Source: Eutreptiella sp. 'Long Island Sound 2002'
Taxonomy: Eukaryota > Protista > Euglenida
DNA length: 64,000 nucleotides
NCBI GenBank assembly: GCA_964036045.1
Contig: OZ038379.1
Span: forward strand, 2,976,001 to 3,040,000
Reading direction: 5' to 3'
Shown here: piece after piece, positions 1 through 12,000 of the stretch
Layout: each line of letters opens with the position of its first letter
How positions within the stretch are numbered: position 1 is the stretch's first letter
Notes under the pieces: generated by a model
The model's database searches: none
Seen by the model: only the letters and a program-made list of their open reading frames with translations
Told to the model about the DNA's origin: nothing
Translations under genes and position numbers: made by a program

Positions 1-97
1 TCGCTTGTGCATTTAAAGAAACATACAAGCCTCATGCGCGTGGTATGAGACAACTGTCCCAGCAAAGATGCGCCTGTACACAGACTCCAGACACTAC

Positions 98-3000
98 CTT
101 GAAACTCAGCCTGCAGTACAGGCGTCATATGCGGGTGTGCTAACAAGACTGTGTTCGCCTCCTCTGGGCGACACCAGACCCAGTGCTGAGTGGCACGTGC
201 ACTGTGATACTCTCTTTTATCCATCACATCAGACCAGAAAACATACCGTGGTACGGATTTGGTCACTCGCGTCGTTATATTCAAGGAAATCCGGATTTAT
301 ACTGATGTGACGGGTGTCCAGAAGACAATGCAGTGAGTGCCACAGTGTGTGTGTGTGCAAACACGAGTTCACTGACCTCACAGCGTAACATGGGGGCCTG
401 TCGACTGGCACATCTGGAAGGTTGGCACACAAGTCCCAAAGTGCAGACTGAGAATTATACCCACTGGCAAGTATATCCTTTGCGATTTCCAAGTCATAAA
501 GAGCTCGGTCATTGAGGACAGACCCATGTAAGATCAAGTACGCGCGTGCACCAGTGTGTGTCAATTTGTATGTGGTACGCATGTACTCTTGTGTGCTATG
601 GGGGATGGAAAATGGCTGGTAGTAACGTTCCAGCATTGGCTGTGCAACTCGGGTACTTTCGACAATGAAAGCAGCGAAAGACAAATCACTCTTCAACTGT
701 TGGAGCTCCATGGAGACACCAGCGACTGCGTCGATCATCGGTGTCTCGGCTTGTTGGAAAAAACCAGGGGGTTCACTCACCCCCCCCCCCTGTGCGGCCA
801 ATACCCAAATAGGGTGAAAACACGTAAATACGGCCTAAAACATGCTTTCCATAGCTTGGATGGTCATTTTGGGTGGTCACAATATCACAAAAACAAGTTC
901 CGAAACTTCGATTTTGAGCTGTCCGGGTTGAAAAAACTGCATAAGCAGGTTGTGCACCCGTCCCTTGGGAGACCCCCCCCCCCCCGGACCTAACACCCAA
1001 ATAGGGTGAGAAACACGTAAATACGGCCTAAAACATGCTTTGCATAGCTTGAAATGTCATTTTGGGTGGTCACAATATCAAAAAAAACAAGTTTCGAATC
1101 TTCGATTTTTGAGCCGCCCGGGGTGAAAAACTGCATAAGCAGGTTGTGTACTGGCCCATTCACTAGGCCATTATTGTCGGAAACAGTCATTTCGCGTCTT
1201 TGGCACGGGTTGTGAACGGCCCTAGGCGGGGCTAGAGACTGCAAAAAACGTCCTTTCGTATCCTAGTAGGCATATATTGTCACAACATCCCACTTACACC
1301 CCTCGGAGTGGGTAGCACGGGTTACCGAGGTTGCCAAAACCGCCGACATAGCAAAAATGGCCGAAAAGTGCATAAACTGCATCAGCGCTCGTCCCACTCC
1401 GCCCCATACAATACCTATGGAGTCGGGACCCGGAAACACTTTTTCGGCTCAAAATCGAAAAAACCAAAAGATTCATGATTTTCGACCCAAAAAAAGGGGG
1501 GGTCATTTTTTCGACATTTTTGACCCCCCCCCACCCCCCACCCCCCCCCCTCGAAACCTCAAAAAAGTGGGTTTCAAGTGGGGGGGGTCTGGGGGGGTCC
1601 GGACCAAAAACTCATTGGGGGATGCGTTTATTGGACAAAATAATGATTTTACAAGGGTTAAACTAACAATTCAACCCCTTGGGGTAGGGTACGCGAATAG
1701 GCCCAAAAAGGCCAAAATGAGGGGGTATGTGGCGTTTTCCCCATATATACGCCTGCCTGGCTTTGATCTAACAACCTCTGTGAGGTGATTCGATTTTTGA
1801 GCTGCCTGGGGTGAAAAACTGCATAAGCAGGTTGTGTACCGGCCCATTCACTAAGCCNNNNNNNNNNNNNNNNNNNNNNNNNNNNNNNNNNNNNNNNNNN
1901 NNNNNNNNNNNNNNNNNNNNNNNNNNNNNNNNNNNNNNNNNNNNNNNNNNNNNNNNNNNNNNNNNNNNNNNNNNNNNNNNNNNNNNNNNNNNNNNNNNNN
2001 NNNNNNNNNNNNNNNNNNNNNNNNNNNNNNNNNNNNNNNNNNNNNNNNNNNNNNNNNTGCATAAACTGCATAAGCGCTCGTCCCACTCCGCCCCATACAA
2101 ACCCTGTGGAGTCGGGACCCGGAAACACTTTTTCGGCTCAAAATCGAAAAAAACCAAAAGATTCATGATTTTCGACCCAAAAAAAGGGGGGGTCATTTTT
2201 TGACCCCCCCCCCCACCCCCACCCCCCCACCCCCCCCCCCCTCCTTGAAAACCTCAAAAAAGTGGGTTTCAAGTGGGGGGGGTCTAGGGGGGTCCGGACC
2301 AAAAACTCATTGGGGGATGCGTTTATTGGACAAAATAATGATTTTACAAGGGGTTAAACTAACAATTCAACCCCTTGGGGTAGGGTACGCGAATAGGCCC
2401 AAAAAGGCCAAAATGGGGGGGTATGTGGCATTTTCCCCATATATACGCCTGCCTGGCTTTGATCTAACAACCTCTGCGAGGTGATTTCGGAAATCTTGCA
2501 GGTGTCACTAACCAGCCTACACAACGGCAATTTCGGGGCTTTTGGAGGGGCCATGGCTAGGGCTATATGGGCTTGGCGGCCACTACGTGGGTCCCCATGG
2601 GTGCTCAAGTACCTGTATTGTCACTAAATCATCACCCAAACCCATCCCAGGGGCGACAGCAGGGTTTCCGAAAAAGTCGAATTTTTGGAAATCTTGCAGG
2701 TGTCACTAAACAGCCTTATCCAGCGTGAAAACGGCTAAGTCCTCACTAGCAAGGGCCCATAGGGGGGGGCGACCGGGGGTACCTGGAGTTCGGACCCGGG
2801 ACCCCCGCCATGGGTTAGGGGGTCCATGTACAAGAAAAAAGTTGCCCGGGACCTGGGTCCAAATCCACACACAGCACCCAGAATACGCAAAGAAGTTTTG
2901 ACCCCCCCCCCCCGACACCCCCCCACCCCCCCCCCGTCCCCCCAAAAAGGGGTACCCGGGTACGGGGGGGTAAAGGGGTCAAAAACGAAAAATTCATTGG

Positions 3001-6000
3001 GGGATCATTTTCTCTCCTAAAATGATGATTTTACAAGGGGTTGGACATCCGGTACCATACCTTGGGGTATTGTACGCGAATGACCCCAAAAAAGGGGGGT
3101 ATATGGCGTACGCACCTGCGCTTGATCTAACAACCCTCTTCGAGGTGATTTTGAATGGAAATCCAAACATGAAAGGCCCATTTCAGGTACACAAACCTGT
3201 TTCTGCCCTCATACCCCCCCCTTCCCCCGTCCCGTAGGCCGAACCCCAAGCACAATCCCACGCGCATGGGCGCGCATCGGGCCCGTCCGGAGCTTGGCAC
3301 AGGCAGCGCACCTTTCCACTTACACGCCACGTGGTCATGCAGGACCAGCCTCTCCCCTTGCAGCTCCAGGGCCTTGCACAGGTGCGGCTCCATCGTGACC
3401 TGCAGACAGAAGCCCCCGAGGGGCGAGATGGACCGGTGCCCTTTGATGGCGGCGGCGATGATGTTCTTGAGGCTGACGTCCGCGCCCACCGCCGGCTGGG
3501 AGATGTGGTTGTACGGCACGTGGGGCAGCCACCGCACGGCAATCGTCCGCTTGCCCAGGCTCCGGAGGCTGTTGCGGAACTCCGAGTGGAAGATGCGGGG
3601 CCCCTCGTGGGGGACGTTCCAGAGGGAGGCGTCGCCGATCTTGGTGGCGGCCTTGCGGCCCATGTCCCGGAAGTAGCGCTCCCAGGCGTCGGGGGTCTCT
3701 GCGGGGAGGGCGTTGCCGGACACGTTGGCCATGTCCTCGGACACCGTGGACTTGATGGCCAACTTCAGGATCTCGCATGTGGTGGCAATGTTGCTCTCAA
3801 CCTGGCGTCGTTTGGAGGGAGGAGGAGGGGGGGGGCAGGGATGTATTAGAAGAGGGGGGGCATTCGCCTTTTCAAGTCCTGGACGCTAGTGCGATTGAGG
3901 GGTGCAGAGGGTTAGCGGGTGAGAGCTCATCTATATACAGCTGTATACAGATATACAAGGCCCCTACCCCCCCCGCCCCCCCCAGCGTATCGCGGCGCGA
4001 CGGAAGGACCTGGGCCTCCGTCCTATGTGGGATCCTCTGAGGAGCGACCCTGCCCAGACCTCGGGCTGTGCGCTCCCCCATCCGCGCCCGCAGGTGCAGG
4101 TGCGGCTGTGGGGGGTTGGGCGACCCCCCTCCCGATGACTGCACTTGCCGAGTGAAGCCCAGGCTCAAGAGCCCCCCCTCGCGGGGCGGCAGACGGGCTG
4201 CCGCATCCCTGCGCTGCGCGGGGCGCCCCTGGCGGTCTGCCCCACGCGCTGCCCTGCCCCCCCGTGTCGCACTGCCGCGCTCCTGCGCCCGCCCATATTA
4301 GAAGACGAGGGGGGGGGGGATCCGGAACCCAAAAAAATTGTGTACCAAAAAAATGCCGCAAATCAATTCTTTCTTTTGTGAATTTCATTTTTCCCGCTAT
4401 GAAATCTGGGTCCAGGGGGGGGGGGGGGAGGCACCCCCCCTCCTCCTACGGTTGTCAGCCGTTCCAATACATCGATGAAGGGAGGGAGGGAGGGAGGGAG
4501 GGAGGGAGGGAGGGAGGGAGGGAGGACCCCCCTGTCACAATTGGGGGTACACTGCCAGCCCCAAGCGGCCGGCTGCCCTGCGAGGTAGCGAGCAAACCCG
4601 GGCTTGGCGTTGTTGATGGCGTCGTGGGGTGTGGGAAGCAGGAAGTACTTGCTTGCAGAGGAGGGGGGGGGAGCGGGCGGAGATGGTGGTGGACTCACCG
4701 TCTGGCGTTGCAGAATGCGGCAACTTCTGTTGGGGGGTGCCCCGCAGGCGCGTCACGTGTGGGGCCGTGGCAACAGAGACACGCGCGCACGCGCGCCGCC
4801 ACACGACAGCTGCGGGACAGGACACGGCCGAGAGAGGGCGCACGGCCAACGGTCGGGGGCCCATCCGGTGCACAGCACAAGGCCTCCCCCCCCCCCCTCC
4901 CGCCCCGCCCCCGCCGCGGTGCCGCCGCGCGCAGCGGGGGGGGGGATGTCCGGCCCCCGCGCACACCTTCGCATACAGCGGCACGCGGTACGTCTGGTAG
5001 AACTGCAGCAGCTCCTGGATCAGCTCCTCCTGCTTGTCCTGCTGCTCCATCGCCTGCGCCCACTGCTGCTCCTCTTCCCTCGCTCTCGGATCGGCCGCAG
5101 GGGGCGCTTTCGCGGGCTTGGCGGGCGCCTTGCGGACGGCCTTCGAGCGCCGCTCCTACAGCGAAACACCGGACGGGGGGTGCACACGGTACCCCCCCCC
5201 CCCCCGGCACATAGCTCTCGCTCCCCCACGCCTCAGGGCCTTCGCCGGGGCGGGGGTTCCATGGTACTCGGGTCCCCTTGGCCATCGACCAAGTGCTCCA
5301 CTGCTGAGCGACGTGGGCCTGGGGGGGGAGGGGGGCAGGGGGAGGGTCTCCAGAGGCGGGGCATTCTTCGACCAGACCGCCGTGAACCAGGTCGAGTCTT
5401 GACCCCCGCAGAGCGCCAGCCGATGAGGAGCTGCTGCCGGTCATCGGCCAACCGGCGTTGCTTGGCTGTCGGTGAAGTGCCCAACCTCCGTCGGTTGAGT
5501 GTCAACCGCCGTCGGTTAACCGAATCCTGCCACCGACGACCTCCGGCCGTCCTTCGTGGAAGATTAAAAGCCTCACAGTGCAGCCCCACCACACCCCCCC
5601 TCCCCAAGGGAGGCCACGGGGTAGTGCGGCAAAACGCCTGCGAAACCGGGTCGGTCCCGGTTGGGACCGGTTGGCGAGCAGGAGGCGGCGGTTACATAAC
5701 CGTTGCAGCCGCGGTTGGAGCGTGGCCGACGGTTGCTGCTGGTGTAACGGGTGTGCGTGACATCATGCACCCCCTCCCGCCCCTCATGTATGATCATACG
5801 CATGACGCCCTCCCGCAGAATCAGAAGTGGCCCACAAGTGGGCAAGGTGGCTACATAACCCCTGCCCCCTGGGGGGTCCCCACCGCTTCAGAGCGGGGGA
5901 CAAAATCAGAAGTGGCCCACTTGTGGGCAAGGTGGCTACTTAACCCCTGCCCCCTGGGGGGTCCCCACCACTTCAGAGCGGGGGACAAAATCAGAAGTGG

Positions 6001-9000
6001 CCCACTTGTGGGCAAGGTGGCTACATAACCCCTGCCCTCCCATCCTGTGGGGGGTCATACAGGGGTGGGAGGCGGTGCATGCCTGTATGCCACACCCCCC
6101 GCACCCCATGGGGGTTCATGGGGGTGCGGGGGGTGCCCCGCTGGCACCTGCCACACCCAAATGGGTCGCCCAGGGCGGTGGCAGACGGAGAATGCGGCGT
6201 GCCGCACCACCCACAACGGTATCACAGGCCCCGTTGGACGGAGGGGGCGATGGATTTTCAAGGAGGGGAGGGCGCGGGCCACACCGTCGCACGTCGCACC
6301 GGCACAAGCACCGCAGCCCACCCCCATAGACTAGCCCAGGCTTGGCCAAGCCCGGTGACCTTTGGTGATTAACTGTGGGCGGAGGGAGGTCGCGTCACCA
6401 GACCCGGGAGGCACTATGGGGCACTATGGGGGGCGGCCCTGATGCAAACCACCCCCCAAACTATCAGTCAAAACCCGGAGGTGTGTTTTGGGGGGGCGGG
6501 GGGGGCGGCAATGAAAGTGGGCTAAGCGAAGGTGTAGGTAGAACCCTTGGTAGAGGCACCCGGTTTAACACAGCCACGCACCCAGAGCTACTGGACAGCC
6601 ACCATTCAAAGGCACATGACGTCAAAGAGGAGTGGGGCGAGAGCCAATGCAAACGAAATGCGCCGACATGGGGGACATGGGAGTAAATGTGATTTGCAAC
6701 GTCACTGCAATTGGCTATCGGACCCCCCGCCCCAATGAACCACTTGCCTGTGGGTCGGACGCAATCGGTCATGGCCCCTCCCCTACAAGCCCCCCCCCCC
6801 CCCCCCCGCCGCCCCCCCCCAGGGGGTAATCAGGCATCGAAGCGGGGGTGTCCAACACGCAGCGCTGTTGTGAACAGCACCAACTCTTCACAGGTACGAC
6901 CCGGCCCACTACCACCGGCTCACACACACGTCCTCTCGTGTTCTTAACCGAAAAGAACGGCGGTCAGAATGACAACGTGCGTCTGGGAGGCCGGGGGGGG
7001 GGGGGGGGGGGCGGCATCACGGCGCGTCGCGACAATCCTGAGCCACGGATGCGGCAGACACCCCCATCCCCCGATGGTCCCACTCCCAAACCCACAAAAC
7101 TGGGCCGTGTCCCTGGCACTGCCCGACCCCCACGCCCTTCGCTTGGACGGACCCTCTGTGGCACCGGGCGCGGGGGGCACACACCTGCCGCTTCTGCTGG
7201 CAGTGCTGCTCCAGGCGCACGCACAGGTCCTTGCAGGCCTGGAGCTGCTGGTCCTCGTACTGCACGGTGGCGTACAGCTCCGCCAGGAGGGGCTGGTTCC
7301 GGCCCTCGATCGCGGTGCTGTCGGCCTCCGCCTCCGCGATTTTGCGGCGGACCGCCTTCACCTGCGCCTGGTACACCCGGATCTCCTCCTGCAGCTGCTG
7401 CCGGTTGGCCTCCGCCTCCGCCTCCTTTTTGGCCGCCAACCGCCGCTGCTCCGCCTGGCGGCGCTCGGCGATGATCTGCCGCATCTGCTCGCGTTTCGAC
7501 TTTGCGACAACGGGACAGGGGGGGCGCCCACGCACGGGAGAAGTCAAGGGCGGTGTGTACGGGGGTTAGGGGGGAGGTAAAGGACGCATGAATGGCTTGT
7601 GCCTTTGCACTTGTCCCAAGCTCGGTGTGGCAGGGGTACAGCCTTGGGATAGACGGCCGGAACATTGATTTGGATGCCGGGCGCCCGGGCGCGCGCGTTC
7701 CCTCATGGGTCAAAGGTGACGACAGAACATCAGGCGCTCATATCAGTCAGTCGGGTTTCGCGTCGCAAAGGAGGCGAGGGAGTGTAATGACAACATCAAC
7801 CTCTCTTGGAATCATTGCTTGCTCTGCTGGGCATTGACAGAGGCTCTAAAAGCCCCTCCTGCAAGGAAAAAAATCGTCCACATCATCATCGGAAATATGA
7901 GGGTCAGGCGGCGGGGGGGGGGGGGGGGGGGTTGCAAGAGTCGTAGATGAACGTCCCGGCCCCCAAAACGCACACACCAGCTGGAGAAGGCAACCGGCCA
8001 CTACACACACAAAATTTCAAACCGCCCGGAAAGAAATTCACATAATGACCTCCTGGTGGGCCTGCGCTCTAAGGAAAGGGAGGCCCCCGGGCATTACAGC
8101 AAACAGCTGTGAAACCGGTTGGCTGCGGTTGGGAAAGCGTTTGGGAGCAGGAGGCGGTGATTACAAACCCGTGGAAGTTCGAAGGATGCGGTTGGAGCGC
8201 AACGGACGATTACTGTTGGGGTGGGAGGTAGGAGAGGTGATGAAGGGTAAGGGAACGACATATGGTTTTACACTCAGCGTTTTGCTTCACATTGCTTTTT
8301 GTTATGTGTTGTAGGATGTGTGACCTGGCTGGGGACAATTTTACAAATGGGGTCTGAGATGGGATTTCAGACATGGTTTGCGTTTGCTATTCATCCAGTT
8401 CGACATGCCTTGCTTTTGTGGCAGCATTGCTCAGACTGCTTTTGTTTGCTGTGTTGTGTCATTTGTTGCTTTGGGGGCATAAAACCACCCCGGGGTGGTT
8501 TTATCACCCCGAAGGGGGTGCTTTTAACAAGGGGGGTGGTTTTATTCCCCAAAAGGGGTGGTTGTATCCCCCCAAAGGGGTGGTTGTATCCCCCCAAAGG
8601 GGTGGTTGTATCCCCCCAAAGGGGTGGTTTTATCCCTTTTAAAAGTGGGCATAAAACCACCCGGGGTGGTTTTATCCCCCATTTGGGGGGTGGATACCCC
8701 CCAGGCCCCTTTTCAGCGGACCTGGGGAGGGGTGGCTCCCCCTTCTCCATTCTAAAGCACCCCTGCGCCCCACAGCTGGCGGCAGCAGGCACACCTGCGT
8801 GGGGGACCGCGATCCGCTGACGTGGTACGGAGGGGGCGCCACGGCGTACTGCCGCACAAACGGCACGTGCTCCGGGACCTCGTGCATGCACTTGCAGATC
8901 CGCAGGTCCGCAAGGATCTCCTCGTTTTTGCGGAGCTGGGCCAGCCACTCCAGGTACGGCCGTGAGGAATCCTGACTGACGTCCATTGTGGTGACATTCA

Positions 9001-12000
9001 TGGCCTGGAGGTATGGAGGAGGCAGTGGGGGTGTTGGGGGGTGTTGGGAGGACAAGGGTGTGAAGGGCACTGTCAGACACATGGGGGTAGACCAAGCTCC
9101 ACGCCCCTTCCCCCCCGGCTGTCACCAGGCATTTGCCACTAGGCAGTGGGCATTAGGCACTGGGCACTAGGCAGGAGGTTGGGCACTCACCAAGGAGTAG
9201 AACAAAGTGAGCCCCATCGTGCTTCCGTGCTACGCTGCAGAGCAGGAGTGCTTCAAAACGTGGGTGTCAAGGATTTCAAGGTGTTTGGACAATTTAGACA
9301 ATGGGCAAACATTTTAAAGCGATTTGGCAATTTGACAATTTAGAAATTCGATAATTTGGTGAAAGTGAACGTGGGAGCACAACATTTTAGCAACAAGAAT
9401 GCCGAAGGATTGATTGATTGATGGAATTACAAGCAGCTCACAATCCTTCGAGAGTGAAATCAACTTCGGCTAACATCAACATCATCATTGTGGGCAAAAT
9501 GAGCAAGAGATCGGAGAAAAGAGATTACCAACAGCGCTTTTCACTGCAACATGAGGGCACCCAAATGGAATTGTATCATGGGCTGGCCTGTGTTGCCTCA
9601 AGTAACACCGCTCCCTCTGGGGGATTGCTTCGAGGATTCTAGAGGAATGAAAAGGCCGAGGTGGCCTGGCAAATGGGTCCAGCCCACTCCCATACCCCAT
9701 GCTACAACACATGGTTGGGGAGGGTCCTGGTTGCCTCTTCAGGTTTGGGAGACCTGCGGGGTCCTCCAGACTGTAAACAGCTGATACGTTGGCGGTGTGG
9801 TGCCGGCGGTCCATTGCAACTCCGGGGAGGGGGGCCCTTCGAGGCGGTGCGAATTAGAGGGGGGGGGGGAGGAGGCTGGAAAACGGGCTCGAAAGGCCAG
9901 GCTTTCCTTTTTCTCGTTGGCGTTGGTCCAGAACAGAGATTGTGGGGGGGGGGGGGGATGGGGGTGAACCAGATTTGCCTAAACTTTGCGTCATATGACT
10001 TTTTTGAACTATCGCAGACGTCCTGCGATGCTTTTGGTATGACCCGCCTTTGGAGCCTAATCAGAGTGCGAATCAGCCTCAATGGGCCCCCCTCCCTGGA
10101 ATTGCTATGGCTATTGCTATGGCTTGCATTGTGGGTGTGGGGGGAAGAGGGCAAGGGGGGGGATTAGTTGAAGGTGGAGGCGGGTATGGGTGTGGGTATG
10201 GAGCTGGGGATTTTCCAGATGGGCTGCCTCTGATCTTAGAAGAACGCAGGGCCATTTGGGAGTGCGGCAGTCCCCAGGGATGGGCAGGGATGCATTGGAA
10301 GTGTGTTGTTGTGCCTGCAGCTGGCGGCGCCAAGTGGCCGATCGCCACTTACTGCTGCCCTTCCCTTGATCCCTTTGCCTCCATAGGCGGCGGTGCCCAT
10401 CGGCCCCTCACCACCTTGTGCCCTCCCTCCCCCTGCCTGGCCTATCCTTTCCTCATAACTCAGCCTTCCTTTCCCTTGATAGGTTGTGCCCCATTGGAAG
10501 GGGGGGTGTCAGGGGTGATTCAGAAGATGGTTGGACGGGTCTGGCAAAACGGCCTGGAGCCGATGCTGTCGGTTATAAATGCCGCGGGAGAGGGCGCGGG
10601 TACTTGCAGAAAGAGGAGAGTGGCTGGGTCCCAAGCTGGGCCCCTGCCCCCCCCCTCCCCCGCCCCCATACACCCCTGGGGACGGTCGATCGACGCTGTG
10701 ACACACCAACTCGTAGACAGATACCTTCACTTTCTGTGCGAAGTAGAGCGTGCTCAGGGTCTCCTCAAAATAACTGACGGTTGGGGCCGTGTTTGCGATG
10801 AGGAGGACTTTGGAATTCGCAGCGGCGAAATTGGGCCGGAGAATCGACGTCAGCTTCGAGTCCCTGAGATGTGCGGGCGTTCCGACACCGACAGCGCGTG
10901 GCCAACGGGCCCGACGCACGAGGGGGGCTCGTGGGGCCCGGTGCACGTTCCGTCGTGCGTACAGAGCGCACGCCGCTCAGGGGCTGTCGGATCCACGCGG
11001 TACTTTTCACGCGGAGCAACTAAAGGTCCGGAACGCAGTCGGCCGCCCCAGTTCAACGCTCGCATTTGTGCCCCCCGAAAAAAACCAACAAAAAAAAAAC
11101 GATTGCCGGACTCCGGGATGCCGGGACCTCAACAGCGCACCGACGCGGGTCAGTATCTGCCGTCGGTTACCGGCCAACCGTCATTGATTAACCGCCATCC
11201 CACCATCCAAAGTCTCAGGCTGCCCTGAGCGGGCGCGCGTGCACGCAGGGGGGGGTATAATCCTCCTCAATATATACATAATCCTCCTCAATATATACAT
11301 AATCCTCCTCATTATATACATAATCCTCCTCAATATATACATAATCCTCCTCAATATATACATAATCCTCCTCAATATATACATAATCCTCCTCAATATA
11401 TACATAATCCTCCTCAATATATACATAATCCTCCTCAATATATACATAATCCTCCTCAATATATACATAATCCTCCTCAATATATACATAATCCTCCTCA
11501 ATATATACATAATCCTCCTCAAGGACGGCCCTGCTGCAAGTTCTCCTGCACGTTCTCGAAAGCCCCGGCCCCAACGAAGGCCCACTCTCTTCAGAGCGCC
11601 CTCAAACGCCCCGAATAGTGTGCGGGACACGGATGACGCCGGGTCCGACGAACCTGGGCGCACTCCAACGAAACGTACGGCCGTCCCAAGGGGAGGGAGG
11701 GGGGGAGGGCAGAGGAACGTGGAGCGAAGGAGGGCAAAGAAGGGAACCGCAGACCCTTCCCTTCCCAAGAGCCCTGTGCAAAGGGACGGGGTGGGATGCC
11801 CCCCGCCCCCCAGCCTCTGTACGTTGCATACGAAACTGTAGACATTGAACTCTGAACTCATGTACCCATTGATTGTCATGTGGATATGGCATCGCGCCAC
11901 TTCAACCGACACTTGGACCATGAGGCGGGGGGGGGGGGGGGACTCCACGTCAGTGTATCCCCCCCCCCCGCAGGAGCAGGGCGGTCCTTAAGGGGGGAAA

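Noticed and set aside
1370-2485. Duplicate sequence on both sides of the N gap as a pure assembly artefact
   Set aside because: The two copies differ at several positions, so a real tandem repeat is more likely; copy number across the gap is unknown.
3318-3323. Canonical-looking GTAAGT donor for kinesin exon 12
   Set aside because: Same phase as AAG|GTGCGC at 3311, which fits the local AG|GTNYG consensus better; cannot be excluded without cDNA.
11215-11574. EEDYVYI-repeat ORF as a cassette exon
   Set aside because: An upstream CAG is phase-compatible, but there is no phase-2 donor, and inclusion would split the conserved HTPYR|DSKLT motif.
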